Counted from the first letter of the stretch, positions 51,889-61,456 are shown. The stretch is 64,000 bases of DNA from Patescibacteria group bacterium (GCA_041749335.1 JBGTBM010000008.1:18462-82461), one strand, 5' to 3'. Numbers and translations are program-made. The notes: generated by a model from the letters alone, not told the origin.

Positions 51889-52674
51889 CTATATAATACG
51901 CATTTCGATAATATTTCTTTCAATTTTCTGCTGCGAGCTATCCAAAATCTGAATGTTCATTTGCTTATAATAGAATCCCCGGGGCGCAAAACGAACACTG
52001 CGCGCGCCAAAATTATCATTTTTAATTATTTCGCCGATGATTTTAACCGGCCAACCCTCTTTGATAATATTTTTTTCCTCAATAGTAACTTTAGAAATAT
52101 CCACAATCCATTTATTTTCCTTCGGATCAATTATTACCACCTGATCGGAGTTTTTAAATTCTATCACCTTACCTATTAATATTCCCTGTTCCGGCTGTAG
52201 CCAAATATTGTTGCGGCGTTCAATTATTTGCTGATATTGAGGTAGGCCGCGGCGAAAAGCCAAATCCAATGTTTTAGCCAAACCCGCCTTATACAATATT
52301 GATCCTGCCACCAGAACAGCGATAGCGCCTAAAATTATCACCAAAGAAAATTTAAAGCGATAACCGCCCTTGATTTTTCTGAATATAAAATAAGATATTA
52401 AAATAAACAGTATAAACAGGATCAGCCAAATATAAGGAAATGTAGAAAATAAAAATGCCAGCAATCCCGGCGCGACCCGGCGGCGCAAATCCCAATCATT
52501 ATTAATCAGCAAAAAAAGCAGAATGGAAAATGCAATGCTGCCAAAAGCCAGTAAAAGTGCGACAAAACCGGCGAATAATACATTTTTCACAGTAAAATGC
52601 CACTTGGGCCGAGGCTTGATTTTTTTCTCCCTGATATCCTCTAGAATCTGACTGCTTAAATCTTTTTTATCCAT
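51889..52674 (-). CDS. Three-TM membrane protein, putative anti-sigma factor
   Basis: Directly downstream of the ECF sigma gene; KIKPRPKWHF N-terminus, three TMs, C-terminal OB-like domain. Confidence 0.65.
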   Translation of the reverse strand: MDKKDLSSQILEDIREKKIKPRPKWHFTVKNVLFAGFVALLLAFGSIAFSILLFLLINNDWDLRRRVAPGLLAFLFSTFPYIWLILFILFILISYFIFRKIKGGYRFKFSLVIILGAIAVLVAGSILYKAGLAKTLDLAFRRGLPQYQQIIERRNNIWLQPEQGILIGKVIEFKNSDQVVIIDPKENKWIVDISKVTIEEKNIIKEGWPVKIIGEIIKNDNFGARSVRFAPRGFYYKQMNIQILDSSQQKIERNIIEMRII

Positions 52675-52676
52675 AT

Positions 52677-53261
52677 TTATAAATTAATATTTTCCTGCTT
52701 CAATTCGTCCCGCAGTTTTTCTTTAGCGCGGTTAAGCCAAGTAGCAATAGTGCCAGCCGGCTTTTTTAAAATAAAAGAAATTTCCTGATAATTCTTATCC
52801 TCAAAAAATCTCAACATAATAACTTCCCGATATTTTTTATTGAGCCGACTTATAACGCTTTTAATTGCTTCTCGCGCTTCTTTGGCCTTAAGATTTTTTT
52901 CAATATCCAAATCGGCGGCCAGCCTTTCAAATATTTCGTCATCAATGTCCAAAACTAATCCTTTGGACTTAGCATGGCTTTTTCTAAAATTACTAATAGT
53001 TTCATTGCGAGTAATACGGTAAATCCAGGTTGAAAATTTATACCGGCTGTCAAAATCGTTCAAGTTACGATAAGTTTTAATAAAAACTTCCTGCAAGATA
53101 TCCTCGCTCTCCTGCCAACTGACATTGCTTATCCTTTGAATATATTTAAGCAGCTTATCCTGATATCTTTGCATAATACATACAAAATAATCCTGATTCT
53201 TCAACGTCAGTGCGATTAGTTCTTCGTCAGTTTTCTTATCACAGTTAAAAATATCGGACAT
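52677..53261 (-). CDS. ECF RNA polymerase sigma factor
   Basis: EDILQEVFIK.Y, FSTWIYRITRN, region 4 YQEIS.IL..P.GTI.T.LNRAK. Confidence 0.92.
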   Translation of the reverse strand: MSDIFNCDKKTDEELIALTLKNQDYFVCIMQRYQDKLLKYIQRISNVSWQESEDILQEVFIKTYRNLNDFDSRYKFSTWIYRITRNETISNFRKSHAKSKGLVLDIDDEIFERLAADLDIEKNLKAKEAREAIKSVISRLNKKYREVIMLRFFEDKNYQEISFILKKPAGTIATWLNRAKEKLRDELKQENINL

Positions 53262-53278
53262 AATGCGCTTTACTTATA

Positions 53279-53306
53279 TATACGCTAAATACTATATTTT
53301 CTTTCG
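53279..53306 (-). promoter_or_regulatory. ECF-type promoter (autoregulatory candidate); second copy at 51895-51922
   Basis: CGAAAG-N16-CGTATA here, and TGAAAG-N16-CGTATT upstream of 51852. Confidence 0.65.
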
Positions 53307-53329
53307 CTGCCTGTAAATTAAATATCGCC

Positions 53330-53656
53330 TTGCTTTTTATTTCCATTAATATTATAACAAAGAGAAATTCAGGGAGGAAAATTGTGGAAAATAAAGAAAC
53401 GGACGCAGACACAGATAGTTTTTATAATCTGACCATGAAACATAAAATTATCTGGATTATCTTTGCACCTTTGACTCTTTTTAGAATCAATAACGAACTT
53501 TGCCTGTTTTGGGTTATTGGCAGCTTGATGGCATTCATGGCGCTAAATATTTATACCCGCATTGATAAGCCCACGATGTTTTTATTTTCTTACCTGGCAG
53601 CGATGTTGATCGTTCTTTTGACTATCTTAATTCATAAAAATCGGCAAAAAAGTTAA
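53330..53656 (+). CDS. Hypothetical membrane protein (start uncertain, possibly GTG 53383)
   Basis: Hydrophobic segments; GGGAGG SD before an internal GTG; downstream terminator. Confidence 0.5.
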   Translation: MLFISINIITKRNSGRKIVENKETDADTDSFYNLTMKHKIIWIIFAPLTLFRINNELCLFWVIGSLMAFMALNIYTRIDKPTMFLFSYLAAMLIVLLTILIHKNRQKS

Positions 53657-53804
53657 AGAGGTCCAATTATGGCCTCTTTTTTAATTGGAAATAACCTAAT
53701 AATTTAGCTCATAAAATAATCGCGTATTAATTAACAAATCCGGTTTTATATAAAATAAAAAAAGCCCGCTTATAATTACGGGCTTTTTATCCAAAATTGT
53801 TTAT

Positions 53805-55913
53805 TTACTGAATCACGCCGTCTACTACCTTTATCACATTGCTGCGAGTTACCTGTTTGGCTTGATCCACGGTACACACGCTGTAATAATAGGTCCCGGT
53901 TGAAGTTGCCTTGACCTCGGTATCAACATAGCTTAACTCGTCCCGCGATGCTGCTTTGATATAGCCGTCGGCAGGATAAGTCGGTGCCGGGTTGGTTTGC
54001 GATCTTACCACTTTATAATAGATAAAATCAAGGTCATTATTTTTAGTCCAGCTTAGATATACTCCGTCCGCTTTTACTTGCGCGGATAAAGCTGAAGCCG
54101 CTGGGAGAGTATTTTCATCGATCGGAGTAACCGCCACATCATTGCTATAAGCAGATACGCTGCTGCCATCGTAAGCTCCTACTCTGATATGCAAGGGCTT
54201 ATTAGGAAGACCGCTCCAAGTATAGCTTCTGGTATCAGGCGTCACTTTTTGAACATAAGTTGCTCCGGGGAAGCTGGGATTAGCTGATTCGGAAACCAAA
54301 AGCGCAAATGCTTTAGGCGCGTCGCCGGTAGCATCCCAAAAGATATTCACTCCATTCGCCGTAGCTTGGGCTGAAGCCGTTACCGAAGCGCTAACAGCCT
54401 CTTCTTCTTTTACTTGAGCTGTCACCTGCGCAACATTGCCGCAAATTACTTCTTTGGCGGTATTGACCGCACAGACTCGGTAATAATATGCCTGACCTCC
54501 CTTAGCATCCGCATCAACCATGGCGGTAGTATTGATATCGGTAATCACTTTAATATATCCATCGTCGGGATATTTTAGATTAGGATTGGTTTCTGAACGA
54601 ACGACTTTGTAATAAGTTAATTCGCCATTAAATTTAACCCAAGATAAATGCACGCCGTCAGACTTGGCAACCACGCTTAGTGATAAACTATCGGCTGATG
54701 TTTCTTCCTGTTTATCACCTTCATCGGCTTCATCTTCCTTGGTATATTTAACTTTAACTTCCAAAATAGTCTCATTGCCATCCTTATTTACCGCTTTAAC
54801 TTTAATAGTATTATCGCCCTCGCTCAAAGTAAGCGCTTTTTCAAAACTGCCATCTTTATTTTCTACTTCCGCACCATTAACCGTGACTATCGCTTCCGGA
54901 TCGGTTACTCCTTTCAATACCAGATTAGAATTCTTAACTTCCGTACCGCTTAAGGGTTCGGTTACTTTAAGCATTGGCCCTTCGGTAGATTTTTTTTCAT
55001 AGACGGCATAGTCCTTGTCCTGATCTTTTTCAATGTTCCACAAGTACCAATCTTTAGCCAATTTTTCTTCAGACAAATCCTTTATTTCAATTTTTTCTTG
55101 GGCGGTATCTACGATTCCCTCTTTGCCTGCAGCGACGGTTTTGGAAGTTACTACCGTATTTTCCTGCTTTAATTCAATAGAAACTTGGCTATCCAGCACC
55201 GGCACTGATATGTCTTTTGTTCCCTCAACGCCGAATGCGGTGCCTCGCGCCGTTACGACGCTATCGCCGGCTGCTACCTGATAACTGGTGCCTTCTTTGA
55301 CGCGATGATAACTGGTTCCGGCCAACTGATTAAGCGTTACTTTAGTATCGGTCAAAGCGCCAATTTCCATTTCACTCGCTTCATCCACGCGGGCAATACT
55401 GCCATCGGTAAAATCAATGATCGCTTTGGACTTGCTGTCTGTTCTAACGCGCATACCTTCCTTCAACAGCATATCGGTTTCAGCTGCAATCCACTCGCTA
55501 TCGCCGTCTTGGTATTGCACCTCGCCTTGTTTAAAGCTCAAAAGCGCGCTCGCGCCCGATGCCACCTTGCGATCAGTATCTTCGCCGGGCTTTCCCATAA
55601 ACCAAACTGAAGTAAAAATAGCCAGCAAAAGAACCAGAGTCGCCGGTACCATTACTTTCCAGTTTTTCCACCAGGCGGTTTTTTTGACAGGCTGCTCTAT
55701 TATTTGCATATTTTTTTCCTTTCTTTGTGTTAAATAATTTTTATAAAGCTTGTCTCCTAATTGCGCTTTAAAATTTTCGTCGGGTAAATAATTTTTTCGT
55801 GCTTGCTTTAAATTTTCAGCAACGGCAAATAATTCTTGCGCTTGGCCGCCGCCGGCCTTGATTTCAGGATTATCTATCGCCTCTATTAAATTTTTAATCT
55901 CTTTTTTATTCAT
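53805..55913 (-). CDS. FecR-domain anti-sigma/sensor with an Ig-like domain and FN3-like repeats
   Basis: TM; FecR motifs (VRT...KA.I.F.DGSIARVD, TARGTAFGV); repeats GV.LSW....YYKVVRS.TNP...YP.DGYI; overlaps the upstream sigma gene. Confidence 0.8.
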   Translation of the reverse strand: MNKKEIKNLIEAIDNPEIKAGGGQAQELFAVAENLKQARKNYLPDENFKAQLGDKLYKNYLTQRKEKNMQIIEQPVKKTAWWKNWKVMVPATLVLLLAIFTSVWFMGKPGEDTDRKVASGASALLSFKQGEVQYQDGDSEWIAAETDMLLKEGMRVRTDSKSKAIIDFTDGSIARVDEASEMEIGALTDTKVTLNQLAGTSYHRVKEGTSYQVAAGDSVVTARGTAFGVEGTKDISVPVLDSQVSIELKQENTVVTSKTVAAGKEGIVDTAQEKIEIKDLSEEKLAKDWYLWNIEKDQDKDYAVYEKKSTEGPMLKVTEPLSGTEVKNSNLVLKGVTDPEAIVTVNGAEVENKDGSFEKALTLSEGDNTIKVKAVNKDGNETILEVKVKYTKEDEADEGDKQEETSADSLSLSVVAKSDGVHLSWVKFNGELTYYKVVRSETNPNLKYPDDGYIKVITDINTTAMVDADAKGGQAYYYRVCAVNTAKEVICGNVAQVTAQVKEEEAVSASVTASAQATANGVNIFWDATGDAPKAFALLVSESANPSFPGATYVQKVTPDTRSYTWSGLPNKPLHIRVGAYDGSSVSAYSNDVAVTPIDENTLPAASALSAQVKADGVYLSWTKNNDLDFIYYKVVRSQTNPAPTYPADGYIKAASRDELSYVDTEVKATSTGTYYYSVCTVDQAKQVTRSNVIKVVDGVIQ

Positions 55914-56460
55914 TTTCCTTAATAATCTCCTTTAATTTCTTGAGCGCGCGAAATATTTTCACTCCCAGATGATTATAGCCGATACCCAGTATTTCCGAAA
56001 TTTCTTCATTGCCCAAATCTTGAAAAAATTTAAGTTCTAAAATTTGCCTGCTTTCCTCCGGCATTTTTTCCAAATTTTTGGCGATTTCGTCTTTACGAGC
56101 ATAGTCTTCCGCTTGATCGCTTTTTCCATCCACTAGCTGATGTTCGTAATTTAAGAGATCAACATTTTTTCTTTTGCCCATTCGGCGGTAATAATCAGTT
56201 AAATTATTAATGGCGATACGATACAGCCAAGCGGAAAAGCGGATATTGTCCCGCGCTTCAAAATCTTGCAGGCCCAGCACCGCTTTTTCAAAAGTCTGCG
56301 ATGTTAAATCCTGCGCTTCTTCTTTATTTTGCACCCTGCTCAAAAGATAGCCGTAAATGCGGGGCATATAATATTCATAAAGCTTATCAAAAGCGCTGTA
56401 ATCGTTTTGCGCCTTGATCACCAGCTCCTGCTCTTCATTTTTGTCTAAATAATCGCTCAA
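55906..56460 (-). CDS. ECF RNA polymerase sigma factor
   Basis: AFDKLYEYY, AQDLTSQTFEKA, FSAWLYRIA.N, region 4 HTH. Confidence 0.92.
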   Translation of the reverse strand: MSDYLDKNEEQELVIKAQNDYSAFDKLYEYYMPRIYGYLLSRVQNKEEAQDLTSQTFEKAVLGLQDFEARDNIRFSAWLYRIAINNLTDYYRRMGKRKNVDLLNYEHQLVDGKSDQAEDYARKDEIAKNLEKMPEESRQILELKFFQDLGNEEISEILGIGYNHLGVKIFRALKKLKEIIKENE

Positions 56461-56509
56461 GTTTTTACCCTTTAAATTTAAAGTGCTATTTTAGAAGCTT
56501 CTATCTACT

Positions 56510-56537
56510 AAAACGTCTTAAGCTTTAAAATATTACA
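56510..56537 (-). promoter_or_regulatory. ECF-type promoter candidate
   Basis: TGTAAT-N16-CGTTTT upstream of the sigma gene. Confidence 0.5.
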
Positions 56538-56718
56538 CTTTATTATAAATATTAACTTTTATTTCCTCCCCTTGATAAGAGTACCTTCCTTGTGGCAGAC
56601 AGGCGCTTTGCTCATTTAGTCAAACCTACTAAAATACTCTGTGCTTTTTTTCTTCTCAACTTAAAATACCAAAGTTAATTTTAACGGAATAAACTGCTTT
56701 TTAAAATACCAAATGATT

Positions 56719-56747
56719 TTGCCGAAGTATTAAAAATATGTTATATT
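56719..56747 (+). promoter_or_regulatory. Sigma70 promoter candidate for heliorhodopsin
   Basis: TTGCCG-17bp-TATATT with a TG extension. Confidence 0.55.
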
Positions 56748-56783
56748 CATTGTATTAAATTTTTGAAAAAATAAATAACAAAA

Positions 56784-57599
56784 ATGAAAACTAAGACTCA
56801 AACCAAAAAACCAACGAGGACGATCAAGCGCAAAACACAGCACAATTACGAAAGATTCAGAATTTTTAACTTAATCATGGGCTTTTTGCATCTGATGCAA
56901 GGAATTATCATGTTGATCATCAGCAACGATTTTAAGCTGCCGATCAATTCAGCTTTTATCCAATTTAACGCCACCACTTTAAAGCTCGCTCCGGTAATAG
57001 AAAAACTATATGAGCTCCAAATCGGACCGATTATCGCCGCCTTCTTGTTTTTATCTTCACTGGCTCATTTCTTGCTGACTCTGCCCGGTATTTATGACTG
57101 GTACGTAGAAAATTTAAAAAAAGGAGTCAATTTTGCCCGCTGGATGGAATATTCCCTAAGCTCTTCCATTATGATCGTAGTTATCGCCATGCTAGTGGGA
57201 ATCTACGACGTAGCTAGCCTAATTTTGATCTTCGGCCTTAACGCCTGCATGATTTTCTTCGGCTGGCTGATGGAACTGATCAATATGTACACTAAAAAAA
57301 CCAACTGGATTGCCTACTATTTTGGCTGTTTCGCCGGCCTGATCCCCTGGGTTTGCATCGGTTTATTCCTGGCAGGCGCCGGTAGCGGAGACGCCAAGCC
57401 GCCCACTTTTGTTTACTATATTTTCTTCACAATTTTCTTATTCTTTAATACTTTTGCCGTTAATATGATTTTGCAATACAAGAAAATCGGACCATGGAAG
57501 AACTATCAATTCGGCGAAGCAATGTATATTCTGTTAAGTTTAGTCGGTAAATCACTGCTGGCTTGGCAGGTCTGGGCGGGGACATTAAGGCCGCTGTAA
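56784..57599 (+). CDS. Heliorhodopsin
   Basis: Seven TMs; FN..MGFLH..QG; AHF; N.ARWMEYSLSSSIM; GE..YILLSLVGKSLLAWQ (retinal-binding Lys); basic N-terminus. Confidence 0.93.
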   Translation: MKTKTQTKKPTRTIKRKTQHNYERFRIFNLIMGFLHLMQGIIMLIISNDFKLPINSAFIQFNATTLKLAPVIEKLYELQIGPIIAAFLFLSSLAHFLLTLPGIYDWYVENLKKGVNFARWMEYSLSSSIMIVVIAMLVGIYDVASLILIFGLNACMIFFGWLMELINMYTKKTNWIAYYFGCFAGLIPWVCIGLFLAGAGSGDAKPPTFVYYIFFTIFLFFNTFAVNMILQYKKIGPWKNYQFGEAMYILLSLVGKSLLAWQVWAGTLRPL

Positions 57600-57620
57600 T
57601 ATAAAAAAATAAGTTTAATT

Positions 57621-57652
57621 AAAAAAGACCGGTGAATATCGCCGGCCTTTTT
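57621..57652. terminator. Bidirectional intrinsic terminator
   Basis: A-run, GC-rich stem (GACCGGTGA/TCGCCGGCC), T-run, between convergent genes. Confidence 0.7.
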
Positions 57653-57664
57653 ATTATATCAATG

Positions 57665-58669
57665 TTAGTCCGGAGAGCTTTTTGAATATTCTATTTTGAA
57701 AGATTCAACTCCTAAATTGCTTGGGATCGTACCGCTGCTTGAACACGAAATGCGATAATTGTGATTTTCATAATCTATAACAGGATAAGTAATCGTACTG
57801 GTAGATACCGGCTGTGCGCTGGTTGATGGACTTAGCGGCTGGGTGGTTACGGAGGCCATCTGCGAATAGCTCAAATCATAATTATGCCGCAACAAGCTGC
57901 AAGAAATATGTTTTGCTGGATCATTATCATAAAATATCGCAGTTATTTTTTTAATTTCTGCGCCGTCGGACAAATCAAGATTCCAGTGAGCCCTCATTAT
58001 AGTCGCAGCGCTTCCCCCGCGACAAACAAAATTATCCATATAATCGATATTAACTCCCGTGCACGCGAATCCATTAATGCCCTGATAAAAAGTTTTGGCG
58101 CTATTATAGGAAAATTCCGGAGATTTCAATTCTCCGCTCAATGTCCCGCCGGACAAAGGCAGATATTTGCTAACTGTAATATCATTGGGAATATCAGTAT
58201 CATCCAACCCCTCAACCGCATTCACTGTCAAAGTATCGGCGATATATAAATTCCCGCCGAAATCACCGTCTTTAGCATATATTTTTTTCCAGCGATTAGT
58301 GGCTGATCCTAAATCGTTAACATTGGTGGTTGTAGGTATTGCCGTATCAGAAATTTTTAAAGGCATCCCGTCTGATGTTCCCTTTGATACACCCCTCCAT
58401 ATCTCTCCGTCAATCCGCACATCATCGCCGAAAGTAACCGGCACGGCTTCTCCAATATTTATAATTGTGCCATTAAAATAAGTAACGCCGCCAATACCCT
58501 CCTCTCCGATTCTAACAGACGCAAATTTGCCATAACCATTAACGATTAAATTTTCATTATAAATAATATCTGAAGCAGGCTGGAGAAGGTTCGTTTCAGA
58601 AGCGATTACTGATTCCCAACAAAAAAACATCCCCAATAGAAGTGTTGTAATTATGATTGTTTTTTTCAT
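57665..58669 (-). CDS. Secreted fibre-like protein (paralog of 47601-48326)
   Basis: Signal peptide; shared N-domain; fibre-like motifs DLGSATNRWKKIY and YLPLSGGTLSG; distinct C-terminal domain. Confidence 0.7.
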   Translation of the reverse strand: MKKTIIITTLLLGMFFCWESVIASETNLLQPASDIIYNENLIVNGYGKFASVRIGEEGIGGVTYFNGTIINIGEAVPVTFGDDVRIDGEIWRGVSKGTSDGMPLKISDTAIPTTTNVNDLGSATNRWKKIYAKDGDFGGNLYIADTLTVNAVEGLDDTDIPNDITVSKYLPLSGGTLSGELKSPEFSYNSAKTFYQGINGFACTGVNIDYMDNFVCRGGSAATIMRAHWNLDLSDGAEIKKITAIFYDNDPAKHISCSLLRHNYDLSYSQMASVTTQPLSPSTSAQPVSTSTITYPVIDYENHNYRISCSSSGTIPSNLGVESFKIEYSKSSPD

Positions 58670-58801
58670 TTTGTTTTGGTTATTTAAATTTTTAATAAAT
58701 ATTTCGTCATCGCGAAGAGCGCAGCGACAAAGCCTGTCCGCCGAAGGAGGGCCTGCCCGCCGAAGGCAGAAATTTCATTATCCTAATTTAATCGCCAAAC
58801 G

Positions 58802-58900
58802 ATAAAAATTTAATCTCTGAACCTGTCGAAGGGTTAAATTTTACATAGCCTTCGACTTCGCTCAGGCAATAATCTATCTTCACGTTGTTATAAAATTACA
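58802..58900. repeat. Repeat family A, copy 2
   Basis: Aligns with 16182-16277. Confidence 0.8.
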
Positions 58901-58995
58901 TGGGATTGTTTCGTCCCGACGTAACGTTGGGACTCGTAATGGCGTAAATATAGAACGTCATTGCGAACGACCAGAGGGAGTGAAGCAATCTCGTC

Positions 58996-59292
58996 TTATA
59001 CAATATCTTCAAATAAATCTTTCCAATCCGGATTAAATGAATTAATTAACTTCATTTTGTTTTTCCTTGAACCGGCTTTTATCTGTTTCTCTCTGGTAAT
59101 TGCATTATAAGGATCAGAAAAAGCTTCATAATAAACCAACTTGTCAATATTATATCTTGCGGTAAAACTTCTTTTTATAAATTTATTTTTATGTTCAAAT
59201 ATTCTTTTTGCTAAATTACTGCTTACTCCCGTATATAAAACTTTATTATTGTTATTAGTCATTATATAAACAATATATAATTTTTCTTCCAT
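58996..59292 (-). CDS. GIY-YIG nuclease family protein
   Basis: YIVYIMTN....VLYTGVSSNL..RI.EHK; FTARYNI.KLVYYE; AI.REKQIK.GSR..K..LI...NP.W.DL. Confidence 0.92.
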   Translation of the reverse strand: MEEKLYIVYIMTNNNNKVLYTGVSSNLAKRIFEHKNKFIKRSFTARYNIDKLVYYEAFSDPYNAITREKQIKAGSRKNKMKLINSFNPDWKDLFEDIV

Positions 59293-59610
59293 TAAATAAT
59301 GTAATAAATAAACATGGGATTGCTTCGCTTCGCTCGCAATGACGTGGGAAAAAATGATTTGTAATTTGAAATTTGTTTGTCTCTTGTATCCTTGTTCCTT
59401 GTATCTTATTTTTTATTTATTTTTTCCGAAAACACAATAATATTCTGCCCTACTTTCTTCATTCTATAAAATACTAATCACTCTCCCTATCCCTCATTGC
59501 TTTTTTATATTATAACACGCCTCCATTGCACCGCCAAATTTACGTATATTTACTTATAATATTTTTATGCTATCTTAATATAATGCCCCTTAAAAAACCG
59601 GGAGGATATC

Positions 59611-60033
59611 ATGCCGCGCGATAAAAAAATCAGCCTAAATATCACCCAGCCAATAATGGTTTATAACCCCGTTAAGCTTTATCAAATGCACGCTTTATAC
59701 GAAATTATCAATAAATTTAGCGTTATAGACCAATTTTCCAAACGCTGTTTTATTTGGTTATTGGAACATTCCGAGCGCCTCACCCGGCCGGTTTTTACCC
59801 GCGTCCCCCTGGCCACTCATCGCTTCATTTGCGACGACGCGCGCCGCATTACCGACGTTTGGCATCTTAATTTGGTGCTCAAATGTATGGATTCTTTCAT
59901 GAAATTATATAGCCCGGATCCCGACCCGGATTGCCCCGACTGCATTGTCCAAATAAGCGTCAAGTCGATCCAAGGGCCTGACAACCTAGAATTGCCCTTT
60001 GATCCAGAAAAGATCGCTTTAATCGCTCTTTAA
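59611..60033 (+). CDS. Hypothetical protein
   Basis: SD GGGAGG; own terminator; PDPDPDCPDC segment; no recognised family. Confidence 0.6.
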   Translation: MPRDKKISLNITQPIMVYNPVKLYQMHALYEIINKFSVIDQFSKRCFIWLLEHSERLTRPVFTRVPLATHRFICDDARRITDVWHLNLVLKCMDSFMKLYSPDPDPDCPDCIVQISVKSIQGPDNLELPFDPEKIALIAL

Positions 60034-60202
60034 TAATCCACCTTGCGTGGATTTTTTATTTACATAGAGACAACTCGCGTGGATTTTTTATTCACGTAAA
60101 GACAATTCACGAATTGTCTCTACAAAAAACACCCCGCCGGAAGCGAGGTGTTTTAGAATCTGTTTAACTTGCCTGCCTTGGGCAGGTCTGTTCAATCATT
60201 GC

Positions 60203-61456
60203 TTATTTCTTTTTCTTCTTCATGAAAGCGGCAATACCGACTACTAAGCCTAGAGCCAAAACTGCGATTAATACTTTCCATAAGGAATTGGAAGGAAGTT
60301 CAGGAATAGACTCGCCCTCTTCTTGCTCTTGATAAAGCGGAGTTGGAGCTCCGGCATTAATAGTTGAATATAGTCCGTCTAGAATAGAAATATCACCAGT
60401 TGAGTAGGTAAGAACTGACTGGTTGATGGAATTAAATCCGGCATAAACAATCGAGTTAATATAATCGGTGTCAGAATTAGTAATATTTGTAGTTGAAACC
60501 GCCGAACCGTCTGATTTCAAACTGATATCCTGTTCCAAATAGTTAGTATCTTGATCAACAATAGTAACCATTACCTGTGCGGTATTAGCCGCATTAGTTA
60601 TAGCATCAAATTTCATAGCAGCTGCAACCGTACCAACATTTGTTAATTGATCAACATCATAAACCGAACCATCGAAATCAGCTTCTTTAAAAATATTGCC
60701 TTCAGCGGTTCCGGTCTGATAAACGCTAGTAACTCTGCCATTATCCATGCCAATCGCAACGATGCCGGAAATGTTAGAAGTTAAAGTATTATCAACTACA
60801 ACTGAGTCATATGTAGCAGTATCCGTGGAATAATTAAAACCTGTTGAATATACATCATCTAATGAATCCATAAAGTATACCGTATAAGCAATTTGATCGC
60901 CACCGGTCAAATAGACATCATGTACTGATGTTGTATCTGAATATTCTATTACATCATAACCCCATGCGTCAGATACATTGCTAATTAAATTTAACTGGCT
61001 TGGACCTTCTGAAGAATTCGCAAGGAAAACCGGATATCCCGCCGAATCAATACTGTCTGACATTACTGCGTCCAATGCATCACTATTCGCAACAACATCT
61101 GATATTTCTCTTGGAGCTACTGATGGACCTAGAATTTTATAGTTTACAACATGTAAATCATTCGTAGCATCAATATAGGCATACCACGCATAATCAGTAC
61201 TCTGATATGTAATTCCAACCAAACTATCTACATCAGTTTCCACGCTTTCGTAAACTGTTGTGGTCGCATCCTTAACAATAAGATCAATATTGCCGGCATC
61301 TGTTAAAACTGCGGAAACGATATAGGCGTTAGTGGCATCATATATATCCGTATCACTATCTATAATAGCTTCGTCTGAAATCTCAGTTGCACTAACACTA
61401 CCCGCAACTGCAAACATTGCCGCGAAGGCAAATAATGCAATAATTAGTTTTTTCAT
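60203..61456 (-). CDS. Secreted acidic surface protein with a PELP C-terminal anchor (paralog 2)
   Basis: Same 23-aa signal peptide as 16805-18064; C-terminus IPELPSNSLWK + TM + KKKKK. Confidence 0.85.
   Translation of the reverse strand: MKKLIIALFAFAAMFAVAGSVSATEISDEAIIDSDTDIYDATNAYIVSAVLTDAGNIDLIVKDATTTVYESVETDVDSLVGITYQSTDYAWYAYIDATNDLHVVNYKILGPSVAPREISDVVANSDALDAVMSDSIDSAGYPVFLANSSEGPSQLNLISNVSDAWGYDVIEYSDTTSVHDVYLTGGDQIAYTVYFMDSLDDVYSTGFNYSTDTATYDSVVVDNTLTSNISGIVAIGMDNGRVTSVYQTGTAEGNIFKEADFDGSVYDVDQLTNVGTVAAAMKFDAITNAANTAQVMVTIVDQDTNYLEQDISLKSDGSAVSTTNITNSDTDYINSIVYAGFNSINQSVLTYSTGDISILDGLYSTINAGAPTPLYQEQEEGESIPELPSNSLWKVLIAVLALGLVVGIAAFMKKKKK

Larger units (their letters stand above)
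58705..59345. mobile_element. Putative REPtron-like unit: CGTC-type palindromes flanking a GIY-YIG gene
   Basis: Four related units in alternating orientation (58705-58776, 58902-58944, 58955-58992, 59316-59345); the last two form inverted repeats around the ORF. Confidence 0.6.

Noticed and set aside
36319-57599. Retinal biosynthesis cluster (HMGR, prenyl synthase, heliorhodopsin)
   Set aside because: The genes are 5-13 kb apart in separate units, and crtB/crtI/crtY/blh are absent from the window.
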